Assembly: GCA_965203175.1 (NCBI GenBank)
Contig: OZ241867.1
Location: forward strand, 5,024,001 to 5,088,000
DNA: 64,000 nt
Direction of reading: 5' to 3'
DNA from: Candidatus Latescibacterota bacterium
GTDB lineage: Bacteria > Latescibacterota > UBA2968 > UBA8231
This document shows, piece after piece, positions 1 to 9,166 of the stretch. The position numbers and the translations under genes are program-made. How positions within the stretch are numbered: the first letter of the stretch is position 1; the number at the start of each line of letters is the position of its first letter. The notes below the pieces were generated by a model that had not been told where the DNA came from, ran no database searches, and saw nothing but the letters and a program-made list of their open reading frames with translations.

Positions 1-438
1 GATACGCTCAAGCGAATCTGCGGCTTATTTCTCGTCTTGATGGCGGTTGCGGTCGCAGTCCACACCGTAGTCGAACCGCTCTATCACGTCTCTAGCGAAG
101 GACAGCCGTACAGCCCGCTTTGGTCCACCTTGGATGGGCTGATGGCGCTGGCCATCGCGTTGGGCGTGCTATTCGGCTACCTTCGCAAGAAAGCCTCCGA
201 CAGCGAGGGGGATGGCGGAACGGTCACGCGTGAGTTTGTTGCCGCCAACGTCCAGTTTTACGGCTTCCTGTGCGTGGGCATCATGTTCTTCTGGAACTGG
301 TTTATCCTGTACAGTCCTGAATTCACGGCCGTAGGAGCGGAAACAGCCTCCCTCGTGTGGATTCTCATCGACGCCACGCTGCCGCTGCTTATGGGCGCGA
401 TGGGCGTGTTCCTGCTGCGCGGCGGCAACGACGGCTAG
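1..438 (+). CDS. Small multi-pass membrane protein, 5'-truncated by the window edge
   Basis: Frame 1 is open from base 1 (DTLKRICGLFLVLMAVAV...) to TAG at 436-438. About four hydrophobic segments. Confidence 0.75.
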   Translation, partial: DTLKRICGLFLVLMAVAVAVHTVVEPLYHVSSEGQPYSPLWSTLDGLMALAIALGVLFGYLRKKASDSEGDGGTVTREFVAANVQFYGFLCVGIMFFWNWFILYSPEFTAVGAETASLVWILIDATLPLLMGAMGVFLLRGGNDG

Positions 439-491
439 ACCGGCGCTTCCAGTACGGCAACGGCACGACCGGAGCCGTGCGGCTGCATCTA

Positions 492-646
492 CGCCCAAGC
501 GAATTGCCTCTTACAGATAATCCGCAATTCGCTTGGGCTGTCCATCCACCATCGTCTCCATCGCCGCAATCACCAACGCAAAGCTCTGCAAATTATCTTC
601 AATCCTCGTCGCCGCTGCCTTACTGTCCTTCAATTTCCACAAACTC
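492..646. repeat. ~155 bp direct-repeat copy of the 3' end of the oxidoreductase gene (partner 2288-2444)
   Basis: The run ttacagataatccgcaattcgcttgggctgtccat...aatcctcgtcgccg occurs at 511 and 2307 (offset 1796) with few mismatches. Confidence 0.95.
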
Positions 647-2233
647 TACGATATATATTTCTTCGTCCCGATCTCGCTCAAAGACGATTCTCTGACTATC
701 AGGATCAGGCGACCACGCAAGGGAGTTTGGCACATTACCATCGTTCCCAGCGCCGTATGTGAGCCTTTTCTCGTTGCGCCCGTCAGCGTCCATGACATAG
801 ACTTCCATATCGCCATCACGCTCAGACACAAAGGCAATACGTTCCCCATCAGGCGACCACGCTGGCCAGAAATCTGAGCCTTCAGCCCATGTGAGTCGGG
901 TCTTGTTGCGGCCATCGGCATCCATGACATAGATCTCATGGTTCGCTCCCCAGGCAATATGCCCCTTACCATAATCATCAAATGAAGGAAGTGAATTGCA
1001 AGCAATGCGGCTGCCATCAGGTGACCACGCTGGGTAATAGCTGGGATTCCTGTGCGTGAGTCGGGTCTTGTTGGAACCATCGGCGTCCATGACATAGATC
1101 TCAATGTCGAGATTGCGCAGAGACAAGAATACAATACGTTGACTATCGGGCGACCACGCCGGCAACCAGTCATCCTCAACATGTTGCGTGAGTCGGGTCT
1201 TGTTGGAACCATCGGCATCCATGACATAGATCTCTCTGTTTTGACGATTATTTTCACGATGGGCAGATACGTATGCTATACGCCGACCATCAGGTGACCA
1301 CCTTGGATATTCGTCGTGACGGTCATTTTCTGTTAGTCGAGTTTCATTTGTTCCATCAGAGTCCATGATATGAATACTATCGTGACCGTCGCGGTAAGAC
1401 ACGAAGGCAATTCTGCTACCGTCAGGCGACCACGTCGGAGAAAATCCGCCGGACCCGTGTGCCGTTAGTTGGGCTCCGTTTGTTCCATCAGCATCAATAC
1501 TATATATATCCCACCGGCCGTTGCGACTGGAGTAAAAAACAATGCGTTGACCATCTGATGACCATCTTGGCCCGCGCCCACTATATGTGAGAAGACGAGT
1601 CTCTATACTACCAATTGATGGCGATTCGGAACTTATGGCGTTAAAAGCGTCGAATAGGGAAGCGCCGTCGGAGCTTGTATCTGTGTCCTGCTCACTCACC
1701 GTGATCCTCACAGCCGAGGAGCAGTTGTTATCGGTATTGCTCTCGCCACTGACGCTGTCCACACACGCGCCGTAGAAATATACTCCCGGGCCTCCACTCG
1801 TTGGAGCGATCAACTCAATCGACACCGCACTGCTGTCCGAGGCGTCTAATGCACCTATTTCGTCCGCACCCACTTCCGTGTCACTGGAAGTAATCGTCGC
1901 GTTGTTGGAGCGATAGTAGTGTAGCATCGTCGCCACGGCCTGCTCGTCGCCTTGGTTATGCACGTTGGCATGCAAGGTGAACGCCTGCTCCGGCGTCAGC
2001 ATGGAGTCGCTGACCGAAGGCGATTGAACAATCAAATCCGGTCCCCCCTCGCTGGACGTACTATCCGTTTCCGCCTCTTCTTCCACCGCCTCGTCCTCCT
2101 CTTCTTCCGAGGTCTCGAATGCGCCGAAAAAGCCGAACATGTCGTCGAAGTCGACAGCCTTGCCCGCCGGTGCCGTAGGCTTCTGCTCGCCAGAGCAAGC
2201 GATCACAAGAAAGACAATAAGAACGCAACGCAT
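620..2233 (-). CDS. Lipoprotein with CARDB-like Ig domain and TolB-like PD40 beta-propeller
   Basis: Lipobox VIAC. Ig-like segment PDLIVQSPSVS...ESNTDNNCS. Repeated PAWSPDGxRIAF / EIYVMDADGSNKTRLT units. Confidence 0.9.
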   Translation of the reverse strand: MRCVLIVFLVIACSGEQKPTAPAGKAVDFDDMFGFFGAFETSEEEEDEAVEEEAETDSTSSEGGPDLIVQSPSVSDSMLTPEQAFTLHANVHNQGDEQAVATMLHYYRSNNATITSSDTEVGADEIGALDASDSSAVSIELIAPTSGGPGVYFYGACVDSVSGESNTDNNCSSAVRITVSEQDTDTSSDGASLFDAFNAISSESPSIGSIETRLLTYSGRGPRWSSDGQRIVFYSSRNGRWDIYSIDADGTNGAQLTAHGSGGFSPTWSPDGSRIAFVSYRDGHDSIHIMDSDGTNETRLTENDRHDEYPRWSPDGRRIAYVSAHRENNRQNREIYVMDADGSNKTRLTQHVEDDWLPAWSPDSQRIVFLSLRNLDIEIYVMDADGSNKTRLTHRNPSYYPAWSPDGSRIACNSLPSFDDYGKGHIAWGANHEIYVMDADGRNKTRLTWAEGSDFWPAWSPDGERIAFVSERDGDMEVYVMDADGRNEKRLTYGAGNDGNVPNSLAWSPDPDSQRIVFERDRDEEIYIVEFVEIEGQ

Positions 2234-2287
2234 GACGATCCTCCTGTGCTAGCGTGAAACAGGCTCAGTTTCTGAAGCTTATCCATG

Positions 2288-2444
2288 CGCCCAAGCGGAT
2301 CGCTTCTTACAGATAATCCGCAATTCGCTTGGGCTGTCCATCTACCGTCGTCTCCATCGCCGCAATCACCAACGCAAAGCTCTGCAAATTATCTTCAATC
2401 CTCGTCGCCGACGCCTTGCCTCCTTCCAGCCAGTCCACAAACTC
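2288..2444. repeat. Second copy of the ~155 bp direct repeat (native 3' end of the oxidoreductase)
   Basis: Matches 492-646. Confidence 0.95.
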
Positions 2445-3332
2445 CTTGAACAAATAATGGTGTCCTTCCCACTCCATCGTTGGTGCTGCATACACCTCCA
2501 CCTCCTGCTCCACCCGATAAATTCGCACCTCGTCTCCAGCCCCTATCTCCACTGTCCCTTCCTCGAACTCCAAGCGATAGTACTCGCGGTGCCAACAACT
2601 CGTAATCCCCGCCGCCGAACTGTTCCCCTCGTACGCCGTGTGTACTCCATTGTCCATCCTCATCAGATAAAATCCACTCGAATAGTGCTTAAAACTCGAC
2701 CACGCCGGGTTCCACCCAAACCCTTGCAATACCTCGCCATCCCCCCCCGCTAAAAAGCGCATCATATCGAAGTGATGCACCGAGCCTTCAAAGAGCAGGC
2801 TGAAATCCATGTCGTGTCGCCACTCCTTGCCCCACGACTTGTATTTGCGATAGTCGCAGGCGTAGCGGCCGAAGATGTGTTGCAACCGCCCAAGTCGCTC
2901 CTCTTCGCGAATCCGCACCACCTCCTGCTTGTTGGGCTCGTAGCGGTAATTCTGGATAATCGCGCACGGCAACCCTGTCTCCTCGGCCTTGGCGGCCATG
3001 GCCTTGGCCGCTTCTAAGGTATCGGCAATCGGCTTCTCGCAAATAACCGGCATCCCCGCTTCCAGCGCGGCAATCGCCTGCGGGCTGTGGAACTGCGGCG
3101 GAGTGGCAATGCCGCAGAAATCGGCCTGCACCTTGGCGCAAGCCTCTTTGTAATCGGCAAAGAGCTGATCGGCACCCAAGCCGAGCTTCGCCCCTTGTTG
3201 CCCAAGCACTTCCTCGTTGACATCCACTAGCCCGACGATTTGGATCCGGTCGCCGAGACGCTCGGTCATCCGCCCGATCCAACTCCCGGCCATGCCGCTG
3301 ACGCCGATCATTAAACAGGTCTTAACTGCCAT
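2307..3332 (-). CDS. Gfo/Idh/MocA family oxidoreductase
   Basis: N-terminal Rossmann IGVSGMA, CEKP motif, SVHHFD. Confidence 0.9.
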   Translation of the reverse strand: MAVKTCLMIGVSGMAGSWIGRMTERLGDRIQIVGLVDVNEEVLGQQGAKLGLGADQLFADYKEACAKVQADFCGIATPPQFHSPQAIAALEAGMPVICEKPIADTLEAAKAMAAKAEETGLPCAIIQNYRYEPNKQEVVRIREEERLGRLQHIFGRYACDYRKYKSWGKEWRHDMDFSLLFEGSVHHFDMMRFLAGGDGEVLQGFGWNPAWSSFKHYSSGFYLMRMDNGVHTAYEGNSSAAGITSCWHREYYRLEFEEGTVEIGAGDEVRIYRVEQEVEVYAAPTMEWEGHHYLFKEFVDWLEGGKASATRIEDNLQSFALVIAAMETTVDGQPKRIADYL

Positions 3333-3364
3333 GCCATCTACCTTTGCTTGTTTGGGTTGAGGAA

Positions 3365-5713
3365 CTAATAGGCCACGGCAAGGGGCCGCAAAACCGCCTC
3401 ACCACTACTCGCCGCGCCCGGATCAATTAGGCAAAAATACATCCCCGGCAACGCCAACCCATTGTCCGCAGTCCGCCCCGACCAGCGGAAATGCCAGCGT
3501 CCGGCGACCTTGATGCCCGTCGGCTGAGCCACTAACTGACCGGCGACGTCGAAAATCTGTACTCGCGGCTGGATGCCCTGTGCCTTGAAGACTATAAAGC
3601 TGATCTCTACCGCGTCGTTGACCCCATCGCCGTTGGGCGTAAACGCCACGGGCGCGATCTCCACATCGCCGACGAGTGCAGCCTGGGCGGGCAGGTCGGG
3701 CAACAACACGATATTGGCCCGTCGCTCGCTCGGGACTACCGACTGCCAGATCCCGGGGCGCTCGTCCGCGCCTAGATCGAGCGCGAACAGCGCTGCGTTG
3801 TCCCAAAGCCGCGCCGTAAAATCCACTTCCACCGAATCGGCAACCACGGTGCGCGGCAATAGGACCAAAAGTGAATCGCCGTGCAGTTTCACCGAATCGG
3901 GCGCTACCTCTTCCCCTCCGATCCGCAGTGCCACGTTGCCCGTGGCCGCGCCGGGAATGTGAAAGCGCAAGCGATCGAAGCCGCTGTCCTGCCCGTCGGT
4001 GCTCGACCACAGTGTATAGGTAAAGCGCGTATCCTCGTTGAGCTGAGCTTCCCGAGGCCAGATTTGCCCCTGTGCCTCCTGTACCAGTGCATCGGTAAAT
4101 TCTATCGCCAGTGCATTCACGGCCGGAGCCACCTGCGAATCGTCGGTTGTCAGAATCATCTCCAATTGCACGAAGCGACGCGGGCTCGCCGATTGGAAAG
4201 ACTCTCCCGAAGTCTGGTACACGTTGCTCCAAGCGTCCCAATCTTCTCCGACGACCAAGGTCGTATCAATGGAGCCTTTTAACACCTTGGGCAAGCTGTT
4301 CCACTTCTCCTCGGTGACAATATCGCTTTTGCGATCGAAGAAAGTGTACAATTCCTGTAGTGCATTACCCGAGCGCGAACGCAGCTGGATCTTGGTCTGC
4401 GGCGGCAGGTCCGCCTCCCATGTAATCCGCTCGATCACTTGGGGCCGGCCGTTGCCCGCCTGCGACGCCAAGTCGATAAAGTCCGAGCGCAAGTTCACCT
4501 CGGCTGGATGACCCGAGGAAAAAAGCATCGCCTCCAAGCCCCAACCAAACCCCTGCGGCGTCCCGTCAATTTCGTGCCACAGCAGGTAGCGGACCTTGCG
4601 CGGAGCGAACAGATAGCGCTGGTGAAAGAGCCGGCCGAGACACTGCGGCCGGCAGCGATCTTCGACCAAGACCTCGTAGTCAACTCGCTCGGGCACCGGC
4701 AACCCCGATCCCGCGGCTGGGCGGCCGTCGGACACCAGAAACAACCCGCCGGCCGCCGAGGGATTGCCCCCTTGGACTTGGCTGCGCAACCCTTCGCCCA
4801 ATTGGCTGAAGTAAATGAAAAGTTCGTCGAGGAAGAACACCGCCCCCAGATCCACTCGCCACCACACGCCGGCCTCCACCCAACCTCCCTCGGCACTGGT
4901 CAACAGCGCGAAGCTGTCCATATCGCCGTCGAACATCAGCGCCGCGCCCGTAGTCCGACCGCCTTCGAGAAAACTGCCCCCGCGACCCGCCGTGCCCAAG
5001 CTCACATTGTCCCCCACCGCCAAGACCTCGACCTCCGCTAGCGCCACGCCCGGGCTGTACTCGTCGATTTCGATAATGATATACTGGATCACTTGAAAGC
5101 GCTTCTCGCGCTCTAAATCGAGCTTCAGCCCCTCGTCGAGTACATAGGTGCTGTCGGTCCTTAGATACTCTAGGGGAATCACCAGTTCGGTGGCGGCATT
5201 GGGTCTGGACGTGCGATAGACCGCTTCAAACTTGAATACATCGTTGAGCGCTTGGATGCGGGCACCCGAGGCGACAAAGACGCTAAATTGCCGCAAGGGC
5301 CGCGCGCCCTCGCGGTCGGGAAAGATCAAGCGGATCTGACGCGCCAGCACCGGACGCCCCAAATCTATCTGCACCGACCACTGATCAAGCGCATCGTCGG
5401 GGTCGGGTTGCCAGAAGGTTTCCAGATCGCCATCGATAATCAAGTCTGCTGTCTGCGGATTGCTCTTGGCCTCCCAGATTCCGCCGGTCACCTCGCCGCG
5501 CTCCTGCGTTGGATGGCGAAAATCCCCGGCGTTGGCCACGGCGTTGATCTCCTTGCGGAACTTGGTCAGCCGCAGCCTGCCGTCGGCATCGATCTGCACT
5601 AAGTCGTTGGGCATCTGCCAAGTCCGCCACGCCGCCGCACTGTCGAAGCGGAGCTCGTCGGCCCATACCGCGCCGATTCCCAACAGTAGCGCATAAAACG
5701 AGCGCATCGCCAT
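3365..5713 (-). CDS. Secreted discoidin-like protein with C-terminal FlgD-Ig/CHU_C-like module (type B)
   Basis: Signal peptide. DGDLETFWQP, IDLGRPV, SPRRFVQL, FTPNGDGVND motifs. Ends VAY. Confidence 0.85.
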   Translation of the reverse strand: MAMRSFYALLLGIGAVWADELRFDSAAAWRTWQMPNDLVQIDADGRLRLTKFRKEINAVANAGDFRHPTQERGEVTGGIWEAKSNPQTADLIIDGDLETFWQPDPDDALDQWSVQIDLGRPVLARQIRLIFPDREGARPLRQFSVFVASGARIQALNDVFKFEAVYRTSRPNAATELVIPLEYLRTDSTYVLDEGLKLDLEREKRFQVIQYIIIEIDEYSPGVALAEVEVLAVGDNVSLGTAGRGGSFLEGGRTTGAALMFDGDMDSFALLTSAEGGWVEAGVWWRVDLGAVFFLDELFIYFSQLGEGLRSQVQGGNPSAAGGLFLVSDGRPAAGSGLPVPERVDYEVLVEDRCRPQCLGRLFHQRYLFAPRKVRYLLWHEIDGTPQGFGWGLEAMLFSSGHPAEVNLRSDFIDLASQAGNGRPQVIERITWEADLPPQTKIQLRSRSGNALQELYTFFDRKSDIVTEEKWNSLPKVLKGSIDTTLVVGEDWDAWSNVYQTSGESFQSASPRRFVQLEMILTTDDSQVAPAVNALAIEFTDALVQEAQGQIWPREAQLNEDTRFTYTLWSSTDGQDSGFDRLRFHIPGAATGNVALRIGGEEVAPDSVKLHGDSLLVLLPRTVVADSVEVDFTARLWDNAALFALDLGADERPGIWQSVVPSERRANIVLLPDLPAQAALVGDVEIAPVAFTPNGDGVNDAVEISFIVFKAQGIQPRVQIFDVAGQLVAQPTGIKVAGRWHFRWSGRTADNGLALPGMYFCLIDPGAASSGEAVLRPLAVAY

Positions 5714-5717
5714 GCTC

Positions 5718-7736
5718 TCAGTAGATCAGTGTTAAAGGGCGCAACCGACGGCTCCCCGTCCGCTCGGCTTCGGGTGCTATTTCAACTAGGTAGAGACCGG
5801 GCGACAACAAAACTCCGTCCTCATCGCGCCCACCCCAGCGCACTCGCTGCGCACCAAAGCGCTGCACACCTAATGACCGCTTGGCTACTCGCCTTCCGTC
5901 GAGCGAATATACCTTGAACACTACGGGCACATCCTCGGGCAACCCCACCAGCGCATAGCCGATCTCGACCTCGTCGTGGACTCCGTCGCCATTGGGCGTC
6001 AGCACCCTAGTGGAAAAATCCAACCCCACCACCGGCCCATCGCTTTGCCCGGCCGTCCCTAAGACCCGCAGGCTGTTGGTCCCCAGTTCGGCGCTGGCAT
6101 CGCCCGGTTCGACGGGCTGAGGCAGCGCATCGACACCTGCATTATAGACCTCGCCCGAAAACGTCCAAGCCAGTGAGAACACATCGGAGACAAAGACGAC
6201 CCGTGCCTCCTCTGTGGACCCCGGCTCGATCCGCTCCGGCAACACGACCGCTAGTTCCTCGTCGCCTTCAATAACTGCAACCGGCTCGACCTTCCTCGGG
6301 GGATGCCCCATTTCCAGCCTAGTAAACGCAGCCCGCGTCCCGGTGCGAATCCTCAGCGCATCAAAGCCTGCTCCCTCACCGACAAACTCGCCGCGGATGT
6401 CGTAGATCAGTTCCGCCACTTGACCCAACGGCACTTGGGTCAAGCCCCCCGCCGGCTGCACATCGCCAGCCAGAGCCACCTCGCCCACGACCCGGCTGGC
6501 CAGTAGCGGCGCAGTCTCAATCCACAACGAGTCGAGCCGCACGAATGCGGTAAACTCCTCGCTTTTGAGCGTAATCCGCAACTGGAAATGGGTCCCCCCC
6601 TTGAGGTCAATCGCCTGACCTGGTTCGGAAAAGGGCAACGACCAAAAAGACCAATTGTCGCTATCGTACTGAATAGAGGCGCGCATTCCCGGCCGGGGAT
6701 CGCGCAGTAGGCCGGCGCGCCAGCGCGGCTGCAGCACCAAATCGTAGCGCTCGCGCGTCACCACTTCCTCGCCGCCGCGATCCGTGTACTCGTGGTAGAT
6801 ATTCGGATCCCCATCGCGACCGGTGCGCACCTCCACCTCCACCCCCACCTCGGCATCGGGAGCCTCCACCAGTTCGCCATCGATGGCGCGCAACGGCGTC
6901 GCCGCCCAGAACAGGCGACCAAAATTGCGGGACGCGTCCAAGTCGAATATCCGCGAGCGGTACACCACTTTGCGCGGCACCCCCTCGCCGAAGAGTTCAA
7001 AGTCGCCGATTGATCCCTTGAAAGCGGTCCCCGAACGCACGCTGGTATTGCCCCCTCTCCCCGAATCCAACAGCGAGGTCTTCCGCTTGTAGCGCACGAA
7101 GCGCACGTATTGTCTGGGAAATTCGATCTGCACTCGGGTGACAAAATTTTCGGCTACATTGGCAATTAGTGGACCAATGCGTTTATAGGGTTGAGACCCT
7201 TCGAGCCAACTCGGATCGCCTTCCGCTGCGATAGACACCTCGTAGGCTGGCACGGCATCTTGGGCAAAGGGGATACCATCGGAGCGAAAGCCCCTAGGCG
7301 GGGTAAAAAAACCAAAGCGGTGTGCAGGCACCGGTACGGCCAAATCGATGGTGTACCAGACCGATTCGGGATTGGACGAGACCGGCGGATTGAACGACAT
7401 GCTGTCCCCATCGACCATATAGGTGCCATTGTGAGCCGTCGTCTCGTTGCCCTGCGAACCCTTCCAAGCCCGCGGCGTCTCACCCTCGACATAGGACAAC
7501 TCGCGCGGCTCTTTGAGTGGTTCCCAGCCGGTAAAGAGTGCAAGCAAACTTTGGTTGGGGTCGATATAGACAGGTTGGATCGCGCCGGGCACCGAGTCGA
7601 AATCAATGAGCACCACAGCAGAATCGTTTTCGCTCCAGGCTAAGCCCGCACCACCGATCTGCCAACTGTGTCGCTGGGCACCGCTAGCCGTCGCCCAGCA
7701 GACCAGCAGCAGCCATGTGAAAGCCTTAACCGCCAT
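5718..7736 (-). CDS. Secreted discoidin-like protein with C-terminal FlgD-Ig/CHU_C-like module (type A)
   Basis: Signal peptide. WQIGG N-terminus, SRIFDL, RTGRDGDPNIY, LTPNGDGVHD. Ends LIY. Confidence 0.85.
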   Translation of the reverse strand: MAVKAFTWLLLVCWATASGAQRHSWQIGGAGLAWSENDSAVVLIDFDSVPGAIQPVYIDPNQSLLALFTGWEPLKEPRELSYVEGETPRAWKGSQGNETTAHNGTYMVDGDSMSFNPPVSSNPESVWYTIDLAVPVPAHRFGFFTPPRGFRSDGIPFAQDAVPAYEVSIAAEGDPSWLEGSQPYKRIGPLIANVAENFVTRVQIEFPRQYVRFVRYKRKTSLLDSGRGGNTSVRSGTAFKGSIGDFELFGEGVPRKVVYRSRIFDLDASRNFGRLFWAATPLRAIDGELVEAPDAEVGVEVEVRTGRDGDPNIYHEYTDRGGEEVVTRERYDLVLQPRWRAGLLRDPRPGMRASIQYDSDNWSFWSLPFSEPGQAIDLKGGTHFQLRITLKSEEFTAFVRLDSLWIETAPLLASRVVGEVALAGDVQPAGGLTQVPLGQVAELIYDIRGEFVGEGAGFDALRIRTGTRAAFTRLEMGHPPRKVEPVAVIEGDEELAVVLPERIEPGSTEEARVVFVSDVFSLAWTFSGEVYNAGVDALPQPVEPGDASAELGTNSLRVLGTAGQSDGPVVGLDFSTRVLTPNGDGVHDEVEIGYALVGLPEDVPVVFKVYSLDGRRVAKRSLGVQRFGAQRVRWGGRDEDGVLLSPGLYLVEIAPEAERTGSRRLRPLTLIY

Positions 7737-7786
7737 GACACGTCCTTTTTATTAATTGTAACACAATGGCCACATAAAATTAAGGG

Positions 7787-7835
7787 CCGACAAACTGTGC
7801 AAAATTCCTTATACTAAGTGTTTCTTTATAAAGAA
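7787..7835 (+). promoter_or_regulatory. Putative sigma70 promoter plus operator palindrome for the lipid operon
   Basis: CCGACA(7787-7792)-N17-TATACT(7810-7815). Perfect palindrome TTCTTTATAAAGAA at 7822-7835 in an AT-rich divergent intergenic region. Confidence 0.5.
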
Positions 7836-7873
7836 CCTCTCGTGTCCACATCCCCAAATTGAACGGCAAACGC

Positions 7874-9166
7874 ATGCCAAAGCGCGCGATTGAGCAAGGA
7901 ATTTTGGTTTTCCCCGCTGGCGCTGCAACCGATGTGCAGGTCGCTGGCCGCACTCTCCTCCAGCGCGGAATCCGCACCATGGCCAGCGTGGGCATCAAGC
8001 GCGTCTTGGTCGTGCTCCCTCCCGGCCACGCCCCCAGCGACAAATCTCCGGTCCCCGACCTCGATATCCAAGTAGAGCAAACCACCCTGGAGGCCGCCCA
8101 CCTACCCAGCGCGCCCTTCCTATTGCTCAGGGGCGATTGCGTCCACCACCACTCCTCGCTGCAAGCCATCATCGACGCGGGCCTGCAACGAGACGCCCTC
8201 GTCGCGCAAATCAGCGACGACGGTCGCGTCAGCAGCGGAGCGTTTCTCTGCGCGCCGGGCGCGTTGCCCTCGGATGCGCTAACCAGCAACCTCTGGAGTT
8301 GGCTGGCAGCGCGTCCGCACCGCCGCGAAGATATCGCGCCACACCTGTGGCAACGCGTGACCGACAAGCGCAGCGCGCGTACCGCTAAGAACATGCTCTT
8401 CGACCAAGTGAGCAAGGCCACCAGCGGCACGGTAGCGCGCCTGCTCAACGTGCGCATCTCAGTGCCCATCAGCAAACTCATCGTCGATACCGGCATCTCG
8501 CCCAACATGGTGACCTTTTTCATGGTCCTATGTCCGGGCCTGTTCGCCGCCTATTTGGCGACGCAGCCCGACGACTATCTGCGACTTGTATGCGCCGGTG
8601 TCCTCTGGCAGCTCGCCTCCATCCTCGATGGCTGCGACGGCGAGATCGCCCGCGTCAAGCTGGCCGAAACCAAATTCGGCGCTTGGTTCGACACGGTTAC
8701 CGACAACCTCGCCTATCTCTGTGGCTACGCTGCGCTTATGGCTGGTATGTGGCACCTCTATCCCGGCAACTACCTGCCCATCTACGCCGGCATCTCCGCC
8801 ATCGCCTCGCTGGTCCTGACTCTAGTTCTGCTCTACAGCTACGCCCTAAAAACCGGCACCGGCAGCCTGCAATACTACCTCGGAGACTTGGGCAACAAGG
8901 TGCCCTATGGCGAAAAGGACTGGAGCTATCGGTTCCTAGAGCGCGCCGGCTTTATTACCAAGCGGGATTTCCTCTCATTGTTCATTGCCATCGGTTTGGT
9001 GGCCAATCTGTTGCCGGTCGTTTATTGGCTCTTAGTCATCCTGCTGCACGTGGCGGCGCTGGGCGTTTTGACCACCCACTATCGGCTGATGGGCAACCAG
9101 CGCACCGCCGAGCGGCAGATCGCCTCACTTCCGGCCCCGGCCGTCAACCCAGAGGAGGCCGCGTGA
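7874..9166 (+). CDS. CDP-alcohol phosphatidyltransferase with degenerate N-terminal nucleotidyltransferase-like domain
   Basis: Signature DGCDGEIAR...GAWFDTVTD, ISPNMVT, N-terminal VAGRTLLQRGI. ATG at 7874 preferred. Confidence 0.88.
   Translation: MPKRAIEQGILVFPAGAATDVQVAGRTLLQRGIRTMASVGIKRVLVVLPPGHAPSDKSPVPDLDIQVEQTTLEAAHLPSAPFLLLRGDCVHHHSSLQAIIDAGLQRDALVAQISDDGRVSSGAFLCAPGALPSDALTSNLWSWLAARPHRREDIAPHLWQRVTDKRSARTAKNMLFDQVSKATSGTVARLLNVRISVPISKLIVDTGISPNMVTFFMVLCPGLFAAYLATQPDDYLRLVCAGVLWQLASILDGCDGEIARVKLAETKFGAWFDTVTDNLAYLCGYAALMAGMWHLYPGNYLPIYAGISAIASLVLTLVLLYSYALKTGTGSLQYYLGDLGNKVPYGEKDWSYRFLERAGFITKRDFLSLFIAIGLVANLLPVVYWLLVILLHVAALGVLTTHYRLMGNQRTAERQIASLPAPAVNPEEAA

Noticed and set aside
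2741-2748. C8 homopolymer (G8 on the coding strand) as a phase-variation tract
   Set aside because: Short, in frame (Gly codons) and expected in GC-rich DNA.
3365-3700. FlgD-like domain taken as evidence for flagellar genes
   Set aside because: It is only a C-terminal Ig module on large secreted proteins, and there are no flagellar genes in the window.
8530-9162. Long N-terminal extension of the flippase ORF, and similar extensions at 13183-13365, 15170-15382, 48111-48254 and 59670-59801
   Set aside because: They overlap neighbouring real genes, and better starts with SD or signal peptides lie downstream.
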